Assembly (NCBI RefSeq): GCF_009914755.1
Contig: NC_060928.1
Source: the human T2T-CHM13v2.0 reference genome, Homo sapiens
Length of the DNA stretch: 64,000 bases
Reading direction: 5' to 3' (one strand)
Positions within the stretch are counted from its first letter, which is position 1; each line of letters starts with the position of its first letter. Position numbers and translations under genes: made by a program. Below are positions 1 to 15,556 of this stretch, piece after piece. Below the pieces are notes generated by a model. That model searched no databases. It saw only the letters and a program-made list of their open reading frames with translations, and was not told the DNA's origin.

Positions 1-2087
<2,087 letters not shown>

Positions 2088-4198
2088 TTAATGTTTAGTA
2101 GTGTCAACAACTACAAGCATTTATGAAAATTCATGCGTATAAAATAAGTCTTACTTCATTTTTTTAACCAATAGACTATCTTTATGATGTCCAATTTTTT
2201 AAAGAGGCAAATCCAATACCTGAATTATCAATTTATTCTATTTTCTACAATCAAAACAGGCAAGTTAAAAGGTATAGTCTAATCAAAAGTGCTTTTTAAA
2301 AATTAATTATTTTAGATTTCTAGAAAACTCCACCTGACACTATCTGAATGCTGACATAATAATACTACCCCATGTCCCAGCTATTTATTGTCTTTGAATT
2401 GTCCTCAGGAAAAAAATTCAGAGAAATTATGAGCTTCAGACTAACCAAAGGGAACAATTACATAAATTATTCAATATTGAAAATGTGTGTAATTTAGGCT
2501 ATTATAATTATACATAAAATGATAAAAGCAATTTCACATTTAAAAGATCACATTTACCTTTTTCCTCTCAGGGAAATATATATGCATAAAATAAAGCTTA
2601 GGTAGCAATTATAAATTATAGATAAAAATTGAATAATTACAGTCCTGGTTTCTTACATTGTGATTATGATGATTATTTTATTTCATTAAACATACTTACC
2701 AAAACCTTTAACTAACTGCATTTTGCCCCATAAAGCTAACAAGAAAAGGGAGTCAAGCCCTGCTTCAAAATTTTTCAGTGTAAGTTCTCACCCATGAATG
2801 ACACAGACTTTAGAGTTTGAAATGGCATGAGTGAAGTTATACGGATTAACATGTTTAACAAAAAGAGCCAGTTTTTCTTCTGCCTTAGGCTCCTTCTGAT
2901 CCAACACAAAATCTATTTAGTTATATGAATAATTATGTTATCCACTTCATTTCCCCAAAATAAATACACTTGAGTGGAAAGTGCCCCATTTGTAATGAAA
3001 TCTTTGTTTCCATTTTAAGCTCATTAGTCCATTTAATTCAAGAAAATTAAATCGAATCAAGGAATGAAAATTTCAATAAGCATTGCCGTTTAGGTTCTCA
3101 TCATAATACACAAAAATGAAAACTCCCTAAGTTTTTGCCCCTAGTTTAAACTGCTACCCTTGTTAGATTAATTCTTGCTGAATCCTTGTGCATGCTTTAT
3201 AGTAAGCAAGGAAATAAACTTTGTTTCAAGAGTTCATTTTATCAAATTCAATTTTCTAAACTGCTGTGTTTTTTTTGAGGTAAAACTAGATATAGGAATC
3301 ATTCAAAATAAAGAGATGTCTTAATTTTTGCATTATTATTATTTGAAGATCAGGTTAGAATGGAACTCCTTTGCTGCACCTAAGTAATGTAGTTGCAAAT
3401 GTTGTGTTATTTCACGTAATTCAAACAGTTTAGGTATGACTCAGTTAGGTGATTAGTTGATATTATTAATTTTGACATAAGTCTGATAGCATGCAGCACA
3501 CTCAGGAAATAGGTTTATTGAATCATCATTTATTAATTGGAGCTGCATATCTATTTTGTCCACATTGAGATAAAAATTCCTTTCTTTAATATTTTTCCGA
3601 TAGTAAATATAATTGCTACTAATTAAAAAACATTTTGGAAAATATTTTAGAAAAATAACAACCAAAAATTAGCCATAATTCCACCATCCAGATTTATCTA
3701 CACTGTGCTTTTAAAATTTCATCAATAGTCTTTAAACATATATACCTTAAAATATGGTCTAGAGCCATAAAGACAGTATACAAGGTAATAGTATGTTAAA
3801 TTTTGTAAGCTTCCTATTATGCTTAACACCATATTATGTTCCCATATTCCTAAGTATTCTTGCACCTGTTGCAATGTCAATTTAACCCACAGTGATCAGA
3901 AAAGCATATCAGTGAAATTCTTAACTGCAGATGACTCATTGTCACTCAGAGTTGTTCCGGAATATGTGTGAAGTCCAGGTGACAGAGCCAGTTCTTCACT
4001 GTTGTCCTCTGGTCCATCTATAGGCAGTGACAGAGCAGACTCATATCAACATTTTGAAGCCTCCTCCTCTGGTCTCCTTTCCTCTTACCTTTTCTACTTC
4101 TTTTCTATAGGTAGCATCTCTGCTACACATTGCTATTCCTTTTTCTACCCATATTTGTGATTCTTCAGTGTGGAGTTTCTACAACAAAAAAAGAGGCT

Positions 4199-4470
4199 GG
4201 CCGAGGCGGGTGGATCACGAGGTCAGGAGTTCAAGACCAGCCTGACCAAGATGGTGAAACCCCATCTCTACTAAAAATGCAAAAGTTAGCTGGGCGTGGT
4301 GGCGGGTGCCTGTAGTCCCAGCTACTTGGGAGGCTGAGGCAGGGAATTGCTTGAACCCAAGAGCTGGAGTTTGCAGTGAGCCGAGATTGCCCCACTGCCC
4401 TCCAGCCTGGGCAACAGAGCGAGACTCCATCTCAAAAAACAAAAAAAAAAAAAAGAAAAAAAAAAAGAAA
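4199..4470 (+). mobile_element. 5'-truncated AluSg-like SINE inserted at the head of an AluJ
   Basis: Starts at GGCCGAGGCGGGTGGATCACGAGGTCAGGAGTTC; long A tail; TSD AAAAAGAGGCTGG at 4188-4200 and 4468-4480. Confidence 0.92.
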
Positions 4471-4474
4471 AAGA

Positions 4475-5085
<611 letters not shown>

Positions 5086-5333
5086 TAGATTGTGTGTATA
5101 TATAATTTTATGTAAAATTATAAATATACATTTATAAAATATATTTATATTCTTACATAAAAGAAAATGATTTTATATATATAAAATATTATATTTATAT
5201 ACACAATATTTTTTCTTTTAGAAATGTAGTTTTTGACTTCTCAGTCCTGACATACTATATTAGAGAAATACATTTTCTCAAATAAAAGTGAAGATGGTGA
5301 GGGTGCAAAAAGGTAATGAAAGCATAGACCTTT

Positions 5334-5867
5334 TTCATAAGTGTTAAACTGTGGGTTATTCTGCATAGCATGATGCAAACCTGGACTGTTCCTGCTACCT
5401 CACCTGGAACATGAATCATTTCTTTGTCGGGTGTCTTCTGGCTATAGATGCTACCCTCCCATTAGTCACTTGGTACCCATCGTGGTGATCAGGACATCAC
5501 AGGGCTGGTGTTCAAATAACTCTTACTTTACTTAATCATGGCCCCAGAGTGCAAGAGTGGTGATGCTGGCTATGTGGATATTCCAAGAGAAGCCATAAAT
5601 TACTTCCTTTAAGTGAAAAAGTGAAAGTTCTTGTCTTAATAAGGAATGAAGAAAAACTTTTATTGCAGCATATTGTTAGAATTATTCTATTTTTATTATT
5701 AGTTATTGTCATTAATCTCTTACTGTGCTTACTTTGTAAACTAAACTTTCTCATAGGTATGTATGTATAGGAAAAACGTGGTATATTTAAGGTTCTGTAC
5801 TATCTGTGGTTTCAGATATACACTGGGGGTCTTGGAACGTATGCCCCACGGGTAAGGGGCATGATTG
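5334..5867 (+). mobile_element. MER44B/Tigger7-derived DNA transposon (TcMar-Tigger), 5' end lost
   Basis: ATGAATCATTTCTTTGTC...ATGGCCCCAGAGTGCAAGAGTGGTGATGCTGGC...CACTGGGGGTCTTGGAACGTATGCCCC match the recalled MER44 consensus. Confidence 0.8.
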
Positions 5868-5874
5868 TAATGGC

Positions 5875-6070
5875 AACATATTATGCCATCATATGGACAT
5901 ACCAAACGTATTTAGCTAATCTATTATTCAAGGATTTAAGCTATTTTTACAGTTTCCATTTATAAATAACAATGCAATGAAAACTGTTCTTCTCCAATAG
6001 ATTCCTTAAGATAAATTCCTAGAGGTGAATGATTAGATCAAGAATATAAGCATTTTTATGGCTCTAAATT
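5875..6070 (-). mobile_element. Old L1M (L1ME/L1MC-like) 3' fragment
   Basis: GATAAATTCCTAGAGGTGAATGATTAGATCAAG resembles an antisense L1M 3' region. Confidence 0.5.
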
Positions 6071-6114
6071 CGAAATATCATGTGTCTAATAGAGAGCTAT
6101 GATTGACACTCTCT

Positions 6115-6640
6115 GGTAGTTGGTTATTGTCTGTTTGCCTCCTCTTCAACTGACCCGAAACCTAAGATCCATCTTTGCCTTTTTCTGTTCTGCTTTACCT
6201 CCTAGGAAGTTGATTGGCGTGAGCTTGATTACATCATATGGGCTTCCTTGCCCTTGGTGTCTGGTTGGGTTCGATTAAAGAAAGGCACTGGCAGGAGATG
6301 GAAAGGTGGGAATAGAAGATCAGGGGATTTATCCATACTCATCACACCTTCTCTATTTTTCTTCCTGGAAATAACTGTGGTGTACATTTAGAGTTCTTAT
6401 AGGAAATCCCAATTTCTACAGTGCAGACTTTAACCAGTCTCCTGTAATCCAATTTTCTCCCTTTCTGGGCTGAAGTTTGGTAATGGTTTTCTGCTGCTTC
6501 TACTTCTTTGGTGCCTCGCTTATAATTTGTAATTCCCTTAACTGTGTTCACACCCCAATAAATAGAACCTATTGACTCCACATACACTGACTTTCTAAAG
6601 TAAGTCCAGAAAAGTTTTCCTGATTCCTGGGACTGCTGGC
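6115..6640 (-). mobile_element. LTR33-like ERVL LTR
   Basis: CCTTGCCCTTGGTGTCTGGTTGGGTTCG...GGCACTGGCAGGAGATGGAAAGGTGGG...GGGATTTATCC resembles the LTR33/LTR16 group. Confidence 0.55.
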
Positions 6641-6649
6641 CTCCTCCCT

Positions 6650-6925
6650 GAAAGCCCTGACTTGCCTGTAGCACTGTGATCGATACTTAAGACTCAGCGT
6701 CATGAGCAATGCCCCACATCTGCCATGTACCTGTGCCCGCATGACTGCCCAGCCACCCCGAAATCAAGATGACTTCTCTCTTGTGCCTCTTTTCAAATCT
6801 TGCATAGTGCCTCTCAGTAGAAGACTACAGCTGGAACCCTGCTGTGAAAAACAACTAGGAAATGCAAGAAGAGCTTAGAAGGGTAAGCCTGCTTCTGAAA
6901 ACAGCAAGCTGTATCTGGTACCGTT
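6650..6925 (-). mobile_element. Ancient LTR remnant (LTR78/LTR79-like), possibly the 3' LTR of the adjacent ERVL-class element
   Basis: TTTCAAATCTTGCATAGTGCCTCTC...GGAACCCTGCTG...AGGAAATGC; weak similarity only. Confidence 0.35.
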
Positions 6926-6929
6926 CACC

Positions 6930-8025
6930 ACTTGGATAATAACTTTTATATACATCTTCCACTCATATTTAAACTTTCAAACTCATCAGTGGCAACATCA
7001 TATTTTGCCTAACATGGTGCCAAGAAGATGTGCTCATTACAAACCCCAAAATAGGAGGTCAAACTTCCTATAAGCCTCTGTACTTTCTTGTGATGTGTAT
7101 TCATTTACTAGTACAGCCACCGTCATGTTTTGATCTTATACAACTTAATGACCACCACCACCAATTTACAGTAGAAAATTTTAGTAGATGGGAATGAGCT
7201 TCTGCAAAGGATTCTGCAACTTGTCATGAGGTTGTATGTGGAACTTATAATTTTTTCATTCCATATTAATTTCTTGTTTCTTTGCCCTCAGCTTGAGTTT
7301 TATGAAGTCATAGCTCCTGACCTTGTAGATTGAGTCAAATTATCATTGAAATTCTGAGTCATGCCAGGCGCGGTGGCTTACCCCTGTAATCCCAACACTT
7401 TGGGAGGCTGAGGCGGGCAGATCACCTAAGGTTGGGAGATGGAGACCAGCCTGACTAACATGGAGAAACCCCATCTCTACTAAAAATACAAAATTAGCTG
7501 GGTGTGGTGGCACATGCCTGTAATCCCAGCTATTGGGAGGCTGAGGCGGGAAGATCGCTTGAACCCAGGAGTTGGAGGTTGCGGTGAGATCGCACCATTG
7601 CACTCCAGCCTGGGCAACAAGAGCAAAACTCCGTCTCAAAAACAAAACAAACAAACAAAACAACAACAACAACAAAAAAGAAATTCTGAGTCATTAGTGA
7701 TCTTACTACTTGGGAGTGTTTTAGTGTTTCATTATCTTATGTCATTGGACAGGGACATTACTAAGAAGTACAATCAGGATTTCACTTGAATTCCAGAAAT
7801 TATTCTTGTGGTTTCCATTTTGTAGGAACAGCTGCATTTTTCCCTTGATAAGCAGGAATGATCAAATGTGATTCACCTTTGTTGCTAATTGATGACCTGT
7901 ACATGATAATGTGGCAGCCTCAACTTGGAATTCAGGACAGCCATTGTGCTCACAGGTGGAAACATATTATCTTTTTAAAATCAAAGTCCTATAAATTATT
8001 ATTGTGCAAGACTTGGAGGAGAGGA
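6930..8025 (-). mobile_element. ERVL/MaLR-class internal sequence, 3' (dUTPase-like) region, interrupted by an AluSp
   Basis: TTTCCCTTGATAAGCAGGAATGATCA and GTGGCAGCCTCAACTTG follow the antisense ERVL dUTPase region (KLRLP-like). Confidence 0.6.
7363..7679 (+). mobile_element. AluSp SINE with an (AAC/AAAC)n tail
   Basis: Sp-type diagnostics CTGACTAACATGGAGAAACC, TTGCGGTGAG, AACAAGAGCAAAACTCC; 15-bp TSD GAAATTCTGAGTCAT at 7348-7362 and 7680-7694. Confidence 0.95.
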
Positions 8026-8027
8026 AG

Positions 8028-8512
8028 TGTAATAAAGAATTGGACACCATATTTTGATATTTGATTTTGATATTTGACTGCCTCACATGCCTTGCTCCCA
8101 TGAATACCTCTCTGCCTCCCGTCTGGGCACACTGATAAGAAAGCCTGGCTGCTCTCTCCTTTGGTGCAGGCCAGAGGTTCAAATGATACAAATTCCTGCC
8201 TGTGTACAGCAGCCCTCACCATGCTCCTACCCCAGACACAATAATAACCCTTAGGCCATGAGGGATCCACCTTCATGGATGGGATTAATGCCTTATAAAA
8301 CGGCTGAAGGAAACTAGCTAGGCCGACTAGTTCAATTTTTTACTTGCTCACTCAAGCCAGTTTTGGGCCTGTTGAGGAGACCTGCCCTGCTCCCTCCAGA
8401 AAATAAAAGTAATAAAGCTTTTCATACCCTCTTAATAGGTATGTGGTGTTATCAGTCTTGACATCTGATCCAAATGATCAGTGGAGGACCATCCTGTATA
8501 GAGGTGCTACAA
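8028..8512 (+). mobile_element. MER74/MER54-like ERVL LTR containing a ~70-bp MST/MLT1A-like fragment (~8251-8325)
   Basis: CTGATAAGAAAGCCTGGCTGCTCTCTCCTTTGG, AATAAA signals near 8402-8416, and ATCAGTCTTGACATCTG near the 3' end. Confidence 0.55.
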
Positions 8513-8514
8513 TA

Positions 8515-8760
8515 AGTGGTAAAAATGTTGATTTTGATCATTAGGATTAATAGTAAGAAGAGCCATTGTATTTTCATCCTTTGGCTCCAAATGCATTTTG
8601 GCAATGGGAAAAGCAACTCCTCATGTTGGTAAATTGCTATCTTTCAAGATATAAGGATATATTAAAGAATAGCATTCCAGATATAAAACGAGTTATCACC
8701 AGCCAGCTTCATAATTGATCTCTAATGGATCATTTTACCATTGTATAAATAACATATTTG
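8515..8760 (-). mobile_element. ERVL-class internal sequence (integrase C-terminal region remnant)
   Basis: GGCAATGGGAAAAGCAACTC...TTATCACCAGCCAGC...GGATCATTTTACCATTG is colinear with antisense ERVL pol. Confidence 0.5.
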
Positions 8761-9585
8761 TGTCTTCCTTTTGAAAACTTACAACTATTTTTAAAAATTT
8801 GCTGAACTAGCTGAGGCCCCTAGCAGAATGATGAATAGAAGTAACAATGTGAGGCAACTTTACTTCATTTCTGAACTCAAGGGGGAAAAAGAGCAATGTT
8901 CACTATTAAGATAGATACTAACATTTTTTCTTCAGATTTTCATTATCAAATGTATCTGTTATTTGTCTTTGTATCAAACCAAATCATGAGTTAGTAGCTT
9001 CAATCATTATCATGTATTTAGATGCTAGGTCTCTGGGTAAGAAGTTTAGGCTAGGCTAAGTTGGGTAATTCTTTGATGGTCTTGATAGATGATGTCTGTT
9101 CAACTAAGCCTTATAATTGTTGTGAAGTGATCTACTTTATTTCTGGTACTTCATTTTGCTTTCAAGTCTACTTCTTATTTTAACATAGCTACCTTAATGT
9201 TCTTCGATGGGTGTTTATATAGTATGTCTTTTTCTATACCTTTACATTTTCTGCATGCAAATAATTCAGATGTATTTTTTATGGGCATGTATATATACAT
9301 TTTGCTTGTATTTTTTCATTTAGACTGACAAACACTTTTTTTCACATGGGAAATTGTGAATTTATTTATACATTGAGTTTTAATTCTGTGATATGATTAT
9401 GTTATTCTTATTTGGCCCTAATATTTTACTTCTGATTTCCTTTCTTTTTGACTGATTAATATATTTAATATTTTTATTATTCTATTTTTCTTATTGGTAT
9501 TTTAGTTATACAGTCTTTCACTATTCTATGAATTGTTAACCTAGACATTTGATGCTCTCTTGACTTATGTAATTCTTTCATTTAA

Positions 9586-9923
<338 letters not shown>

Positions 9924-10206
9924 AAATATTACTTTGTATTTACCCACATATTTCACATTTTCATTGCTTTTTGCAATTAAGTATATATGAAATCTTCTAA
10001 CTGTGACCTTGCTATCTCTTATCCCCTCTTTTGTAGTTTTTATTGTTTTGTCTTTCTGAGCTTTAGTCTTGATAGTTTCTTCTCATCTGTCTGCAAGTTT
10101 ACTACATTCTTCATTTATATCTCATTTCCTCTTATATTTGCACACTAAATTATTAATTTTGGTAAACATATTTTGTGTAAAATGTTTACACTAAACTTTT
10201 TTTTAA

Positions 10207-10536
<330 letters not shown>

Positions 10537-11336
10537 TGATACCAGTTTTTAAAATCTTTTAGTTCTTTCTTGAAATGCTGCTTAAACTTGCGTTTATAGT
10601 AACTGTAGATATTTTATAACCCATACATATTATTAATTCTACTCTTTGGAGTACCTGAGGACCTAATTTTATTTAATATTTTGTGTATGTTGGTCCCTAC
10701 TCATCTGCCATATCTTCTAATTTCCCTAGATATCTTTGTGTGGTGGACATTTTAGTTGAAGCACTATTTTTAGAAATAAATTTCAAGATATTGGATAATC
10801 TAATATCCTCCCAGAGAGAACTTTTTAACCTCTTCAGGACCTGAGAACATAAGAAATATATGACCAGCCTAATCCAATTTCAGAAAGTTAGATTGTTTAG
10901 GACTGCTGGTGTAACTCAAAGAGATGTTATAGTCCTATGTAAGGGCTTGCTTACTTCTATGTATGTTTACTCTTAGGACACAGCACTTTAAAACTTCAAC
11001 TCTAAATAAGAATGGTTTACAGTGCCTCAAAGTTAGCATGTTCTATTGTATTCTTATTCCTCTTCTTCTTGTTCCACAAGGGTACAAATTTCCTGCTAAT
11101 TCTATCAGCATAGTGGCCCTAAATGCTTGGTTTCTTTCACTGATATACAATGTATATCAGTGTATCTTAGCCTTGTAACTTCTTGTTATTTGATTATTCT
11201 AGGAAATTATTTTAGTTACTGCAGTTATAATTTTATTTTGTTTTAAGTAAAGATTGCTATTTCCTAAGTTCACTATTACTAAAATCAGAAGTCTCCCACT
11301 TCACTGTTTTATTTAGGCATTTTCTTCCCCACTCTG

Positions 11337-11628
11337 TGTCTTAGTCCATTTGTGCAGCTATAACAAAATGCCTTAGACTGGGTAATTTATAATCAGCATA
11401 CATTTATTGATCACAGTTAAGGAGGCTGGATATTTAAAGATCAAGGTACCAGCGGGATCATTGTCTGGTCAGGACCCAATCTCATTTATGAGGCATTAAT
11501 CCTATTCATGACAGTGGATTCTTCATGAGCTGATCACCTCTTAAATGTTTCACCCCTTAATACGGTGTGCTTTGGGTATAAGTTTCAGTATAAATTTTGA
11601 AGAGCACACAAACATTCAAACTGTACCA
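11337..11628 (-). mobile_element. MLT1A/MSTD-like MaLR solo LTR with an internal deletion
   Basis: TGTCTTAGTCCATTTGTGCAGCTATAACAAAATGCCTTAGACTGGGTAATTTATAA...ACAAACATTCAAACTGTACCA. Confidence 0.8.
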
Positions 11629-12724
11629 CCCTGATAGGAAAAGCTGATAGAACCATAAATCTCATGAACTAGAGATGATTTACACAATATTTTATTGTAA
11701 AATAAAATTCCCTGATCAAAGGCAATGCTGAGTGAAACGTTATGATGATGAATAAGATATTTAATAAATATATGGATGGTAGTGTTGGCGGAATTAATAC
11801 AGATAGAGAATGCAGCTGCAAATTAGGTGTAAGTGTCTATTTTACTGCGGACAAATGGCTGCTCCTGCCATGATGGAAGAATTCCAATGTAATCAATCCT
11901 AATTTGCTACCAGTTGGCTGTTCTTCCTCTCCAGGGAATGGTGCCATATCAAGGAATCAACACTATTCTGTTGTTGACATATTAGATATGCAGTAGTAAC
12001 GTTAGCCAAATCAGTCTTGGTAAGACAAGATTATGCAATCATTTTATCCTTGCTGGCATGGCTATATTTTTTATGTACTCATTTAGCAAGAACCAGGTCA
12101 TTTGGGGAAGAAGGCAGACTGACCTCTATTGAATAGATCATTTTATCTACCTGATCACTAAGAGCTTGATTTATAGAAGATACGCTCTGATGATCGATCT
12201 TATGGCAGTTAAAGCTTCGTATGCTCAGTTCTTATACTGAGTATCAGTCCAGAGATCTCATACTCATTCCTCAAATGTTATTCCTTCAGAGCCTATGATA
12301 ATCAGCGAAGCCATTAGCCACTGTTCATGTTTCAGTATGGCTCCAAAACTTGGTTATCTCTTCTTAGAGCCAAAGTAGACAAACAGATGTGTTGTTCCAC
12401 ATTCTATCCATGGGAAGTAATTTTTTATCCACTGTTATTCAAGGACATACCTGTGAAGGACTTTGGGAGCAACCAGTGTTTCCTTAGGCCGTATCAACCT
12501 ATTATATGGAACTATCCTAAATGAAGCTCCAGATTTTTTTATTTCTCATTTAACTGGTCATAAAGAATTCCACATGAAGCCATAGATTTGGGTGGAGGTA
12601 GAGGTGGTAATAGTAGGTCCTTGGGAGCCTGAGCCATTGATTATAAGATTTTTGCCTTCAGAAAGAGCTTTGTCCTGATCTTTTCTATAACACTCACACT
12701 TGGCAATAGAATACTTAACTCTAG

Positions 12725-13053
<329 letters not shown>

Positions 13054-13822
13054 AGATACGTGTGTTCTAGTATACATATTTTCTGATAGGCAGGTCAGAT
13101 CACAAGATCCATTTGTCACTCATGGTCAGGTATTCTGTCTCTACTAGTGCCCAGCATTAAGCCAGAAGTTGTTGTCAAAAGGAGAATATCTTTTGGAAGA
13201 AGAGTGCATGCTTATCAGAGCTTGTCAGAAGCTCCATGTACACCAACCATATCTGCCACAGACACTTGCAGTTCTATTGACCTGGCTCATACAGCTCAAG
13301 TGGCTTAGTAGCTTGCAGTGTCCTGGACTTACTCTTGTTCTTGAACCCACAAAAATTGACAGCCTTATAGTTTATTTGGTAAATGGGTCCAATAGGTATA
13401 CTATACCAATAAGTTATATATAATTTTCCCATTGTAGAGAGTTGTACTTCTTTCTTAGAAGAAAATCCCAACAACTTTATCATTTTTCCTTTGGAAAAAC
13501 AATCTAACATACCTTAGAAAACTAGACTCATAGAATCTTTTCTAAGTTAATGACCATGATTTTCACTTAATTTTTACTTTCTGATAAGAGGTAAGCATTT
13601 CTTACCAATAGGATAAAATAGTTATTACTTCCTGATCAATCAGTCCAATCAGCAAGTGACCAATATGGCAAAATGGTATGATGCTTAAACTGATATCAAG
13701 ATAAGCAAGGTCCATTAAAGACTAGACTATGACAATAACGGAGATGACATAATCCTGAGGTAAGACTGAGAAGTTATGCTTATGTCTCTACCAAGTAAAA
13801 GAAAACTACATCTAGTGGTCTC

Positions 13823-14162
13823 TACTGAGGACAAATTGCTGCTCCTGCCATGATGGAAGAATTCCAATATAATCAATCTTAATTTGCTACCAGTTGGCTG
13901 TTCTTCCTCTCCAGGGAATCGTGCCATATCAAGGAATCAACACTATTCTGTTATTGACATATTAGATATGCAATCGTAATGTTGGCAAATCAGTCTTGGT
14001 AAGACAAGACTATGCAATCATTTTATCCCTGCTAACATGGCTATATTTTTTATGTACTCATTTAGTGAGAGCCAGTTCATTTGGGAAAGAGGGCAGACTG
14101 ACCTCTACTGACTAGATCATTTTATCTACCTGGTCACTAAGAGCTTGATCTATAGAAGATAC
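13823..14162 (+). repeat. Second copy of a ~340-bp local duplication of 11843-12183
   Basis: Direct alignment by eye, roughly 90% or more identical along the whole length. Confidence 0.95.
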
Positions 14163-14619
14163 ACTTGATCTATAGGAGATCTAAGAAGATACATCTCTTT
14201 TTTCATTGATAGAGATAACAAAGCATTTTTTGAATAGATAGCTTTATGTCAGATGGCAGAGGCTGTGTTAATTTGCTTACAAAGATAAGACATCAGTGCA
14301 ATTAGGGTTCTCATGTGGTTATATAATGAATTTGTATTGTCATTTTTAAAGATAGGTTTGCCTTATACAAAGGTTAATGAGAAAGTTAAGTAGAAATATA
14401 ATTCGTTGTTGCTTTAAACTTTGAAATTCCCTGAGAAATATGGTTTTGAATTTAGTTGTCTATTTTGACAGAGGAAGTTCAATTGGTTCTATCTTTTTCT
14501 TTAACACATTGATCGTAGTTATTTTACATATCCTATCTGAAAGGGTCTATATCTTGGCCATTGCTTACTGATTAATTTCTCTCTTGTCAATACTCCTACT
14601 CCTACCCCACCCAACTCTA

Positions 14620-14838
14620 TTTTTTTTTTTTTTTTTTTGAGACATAGTCTTACTCTGTTGCCCAGGCTGGAGTACAGTGGCACGATCTCAGCTTCCTGCA
14701 ACCCTTTCCTCCTGGGTTCAAGTGATTCTCCTGTCTCAGCCTCCTGAGTAGCTGGGACTATAGGCACGCACCCCCAAGCCCAGCTAATTTTTGTATTTTT
14801 AGTAGAGATGGGATTTTGCCATGTTGTCCAGGCTGGTC
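14620..14838 (-). mobile_element. 5'-truncated AluS SINE
   Basis: Perfect 17-bp TSD CCACCCAACTCTATTTT at 14607-14623 and 14838-14854. Confidence 0.93.
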
Positions 14839-14919
14839 CACCCAACTCTATTTTATGGCTCATCATTTTTGATTAAATGACAGACACTAAGTGTAAAAAA
14901 CAAACAAACAGAAAACATA

Positions 14920-14952
14920 CAGTTCAAACCTGTGTTGTTCAAGGGTCAGCTG
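14920..14952 (-). mobile_element. Tigger2/MER28 terminal fragment
   Basis: CAGTTCAAACCTGTGTTGTTCAAGGGTCAGCTG is the reverse complement of the recalled Tigger2 terminus with 2 mismatches. Confidence 0.7.
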
Positions 14953-14959
14953 TGCTCCA

Positions 14960-15178
14960 TTTCCTCCTGGGTTCAAGGGATTTTCCCACTTCAGCCTCCC
15001 GAGCAGCTGGGATTACAGGTGCCCGCCACCACACCCAGCTAATTATTTTTTGTAGTTTTAGTAGAGACGGTGCTTCACCATGTTGGCCAGGCTGGTCTCA
15101 ACCTCCTAACCTTATGATCCGCCCTCCTCTGCTTCCCAAAGTGCTGGGATTACCGGTGTGAGGCACTGTGCCTGGTCA
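14960..15178 (-). mobile_element. AluS fragment lacking the 3' end and tail
   Basis: CCTCCTGGGTTCAAG...GTGAGGCACTGTGCCTGGTC with no poly(T). Confidence 0.9.
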
Positions 15179-15249
15179 TCCCCAGATTTTTAATGGAAAA
15201 TGATGCTGTACTGAGATGAAGAGCTTGTAGTGAGTATGAAATCCTCATG

Positions 15250-15556
15250 TCTTTGTGTGTGTAGGACTCCCAATTATATTCCAAACTGATATTCTAATCA
15301 TACTCAGTCTTTACAATTTTAGCTGAGTTCTTTCTACCCGCTTCTATGACAGCCACTCCTTCCTCTCATGCTTTGGTAAAGGGAAAACCATTTGGTTTTC
15401 TTCCTCCTCCTAGGGATTTGTCACTCTTGCATTTAGGTGTCTTGGTTACCTTATGACCTTCAGCTCTTTGATGAGTTATAGAAAAGTTAGGTTGTATAGA
15501 TTGTCTATTTTTTTTTTCCTAGATGTTAGGATGGTTGTGACTTTGGTACTTTCTAC
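15250..15556 (-). mobile_element. Old L1M 5'-end fragment
   Basis: CTTCAGCTCTTTGATGAGTTATAGAAAAGTT...GTTAGGATGG...CTTTCTAC resembles L1M 5' ends. Confidence 0.55.

Noticed and set aside
2690-2705. Consensus splice donor on the minus strand (TTG/GTAAGT)
   Set aside because: No matching acceptor or reading frame found; isolated donor matches are expected by chance.
3437-3938. Two TGACTCA AP-1 motifs in unique DNA
   Set aside because: About 500 bp apart; several 7-mer matches are expected in 64 kb and nothing else supports them.
6342-6674. 110-aa ORF on the minus strand
   Set aside because: Overlaps an LTR33-like remnant and resembles no protein family I recognise.
8051-8076. 13-bp tandem duplication ATTTTGATATTTG x2
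   Set aside because: Ordinary slippage duplication.
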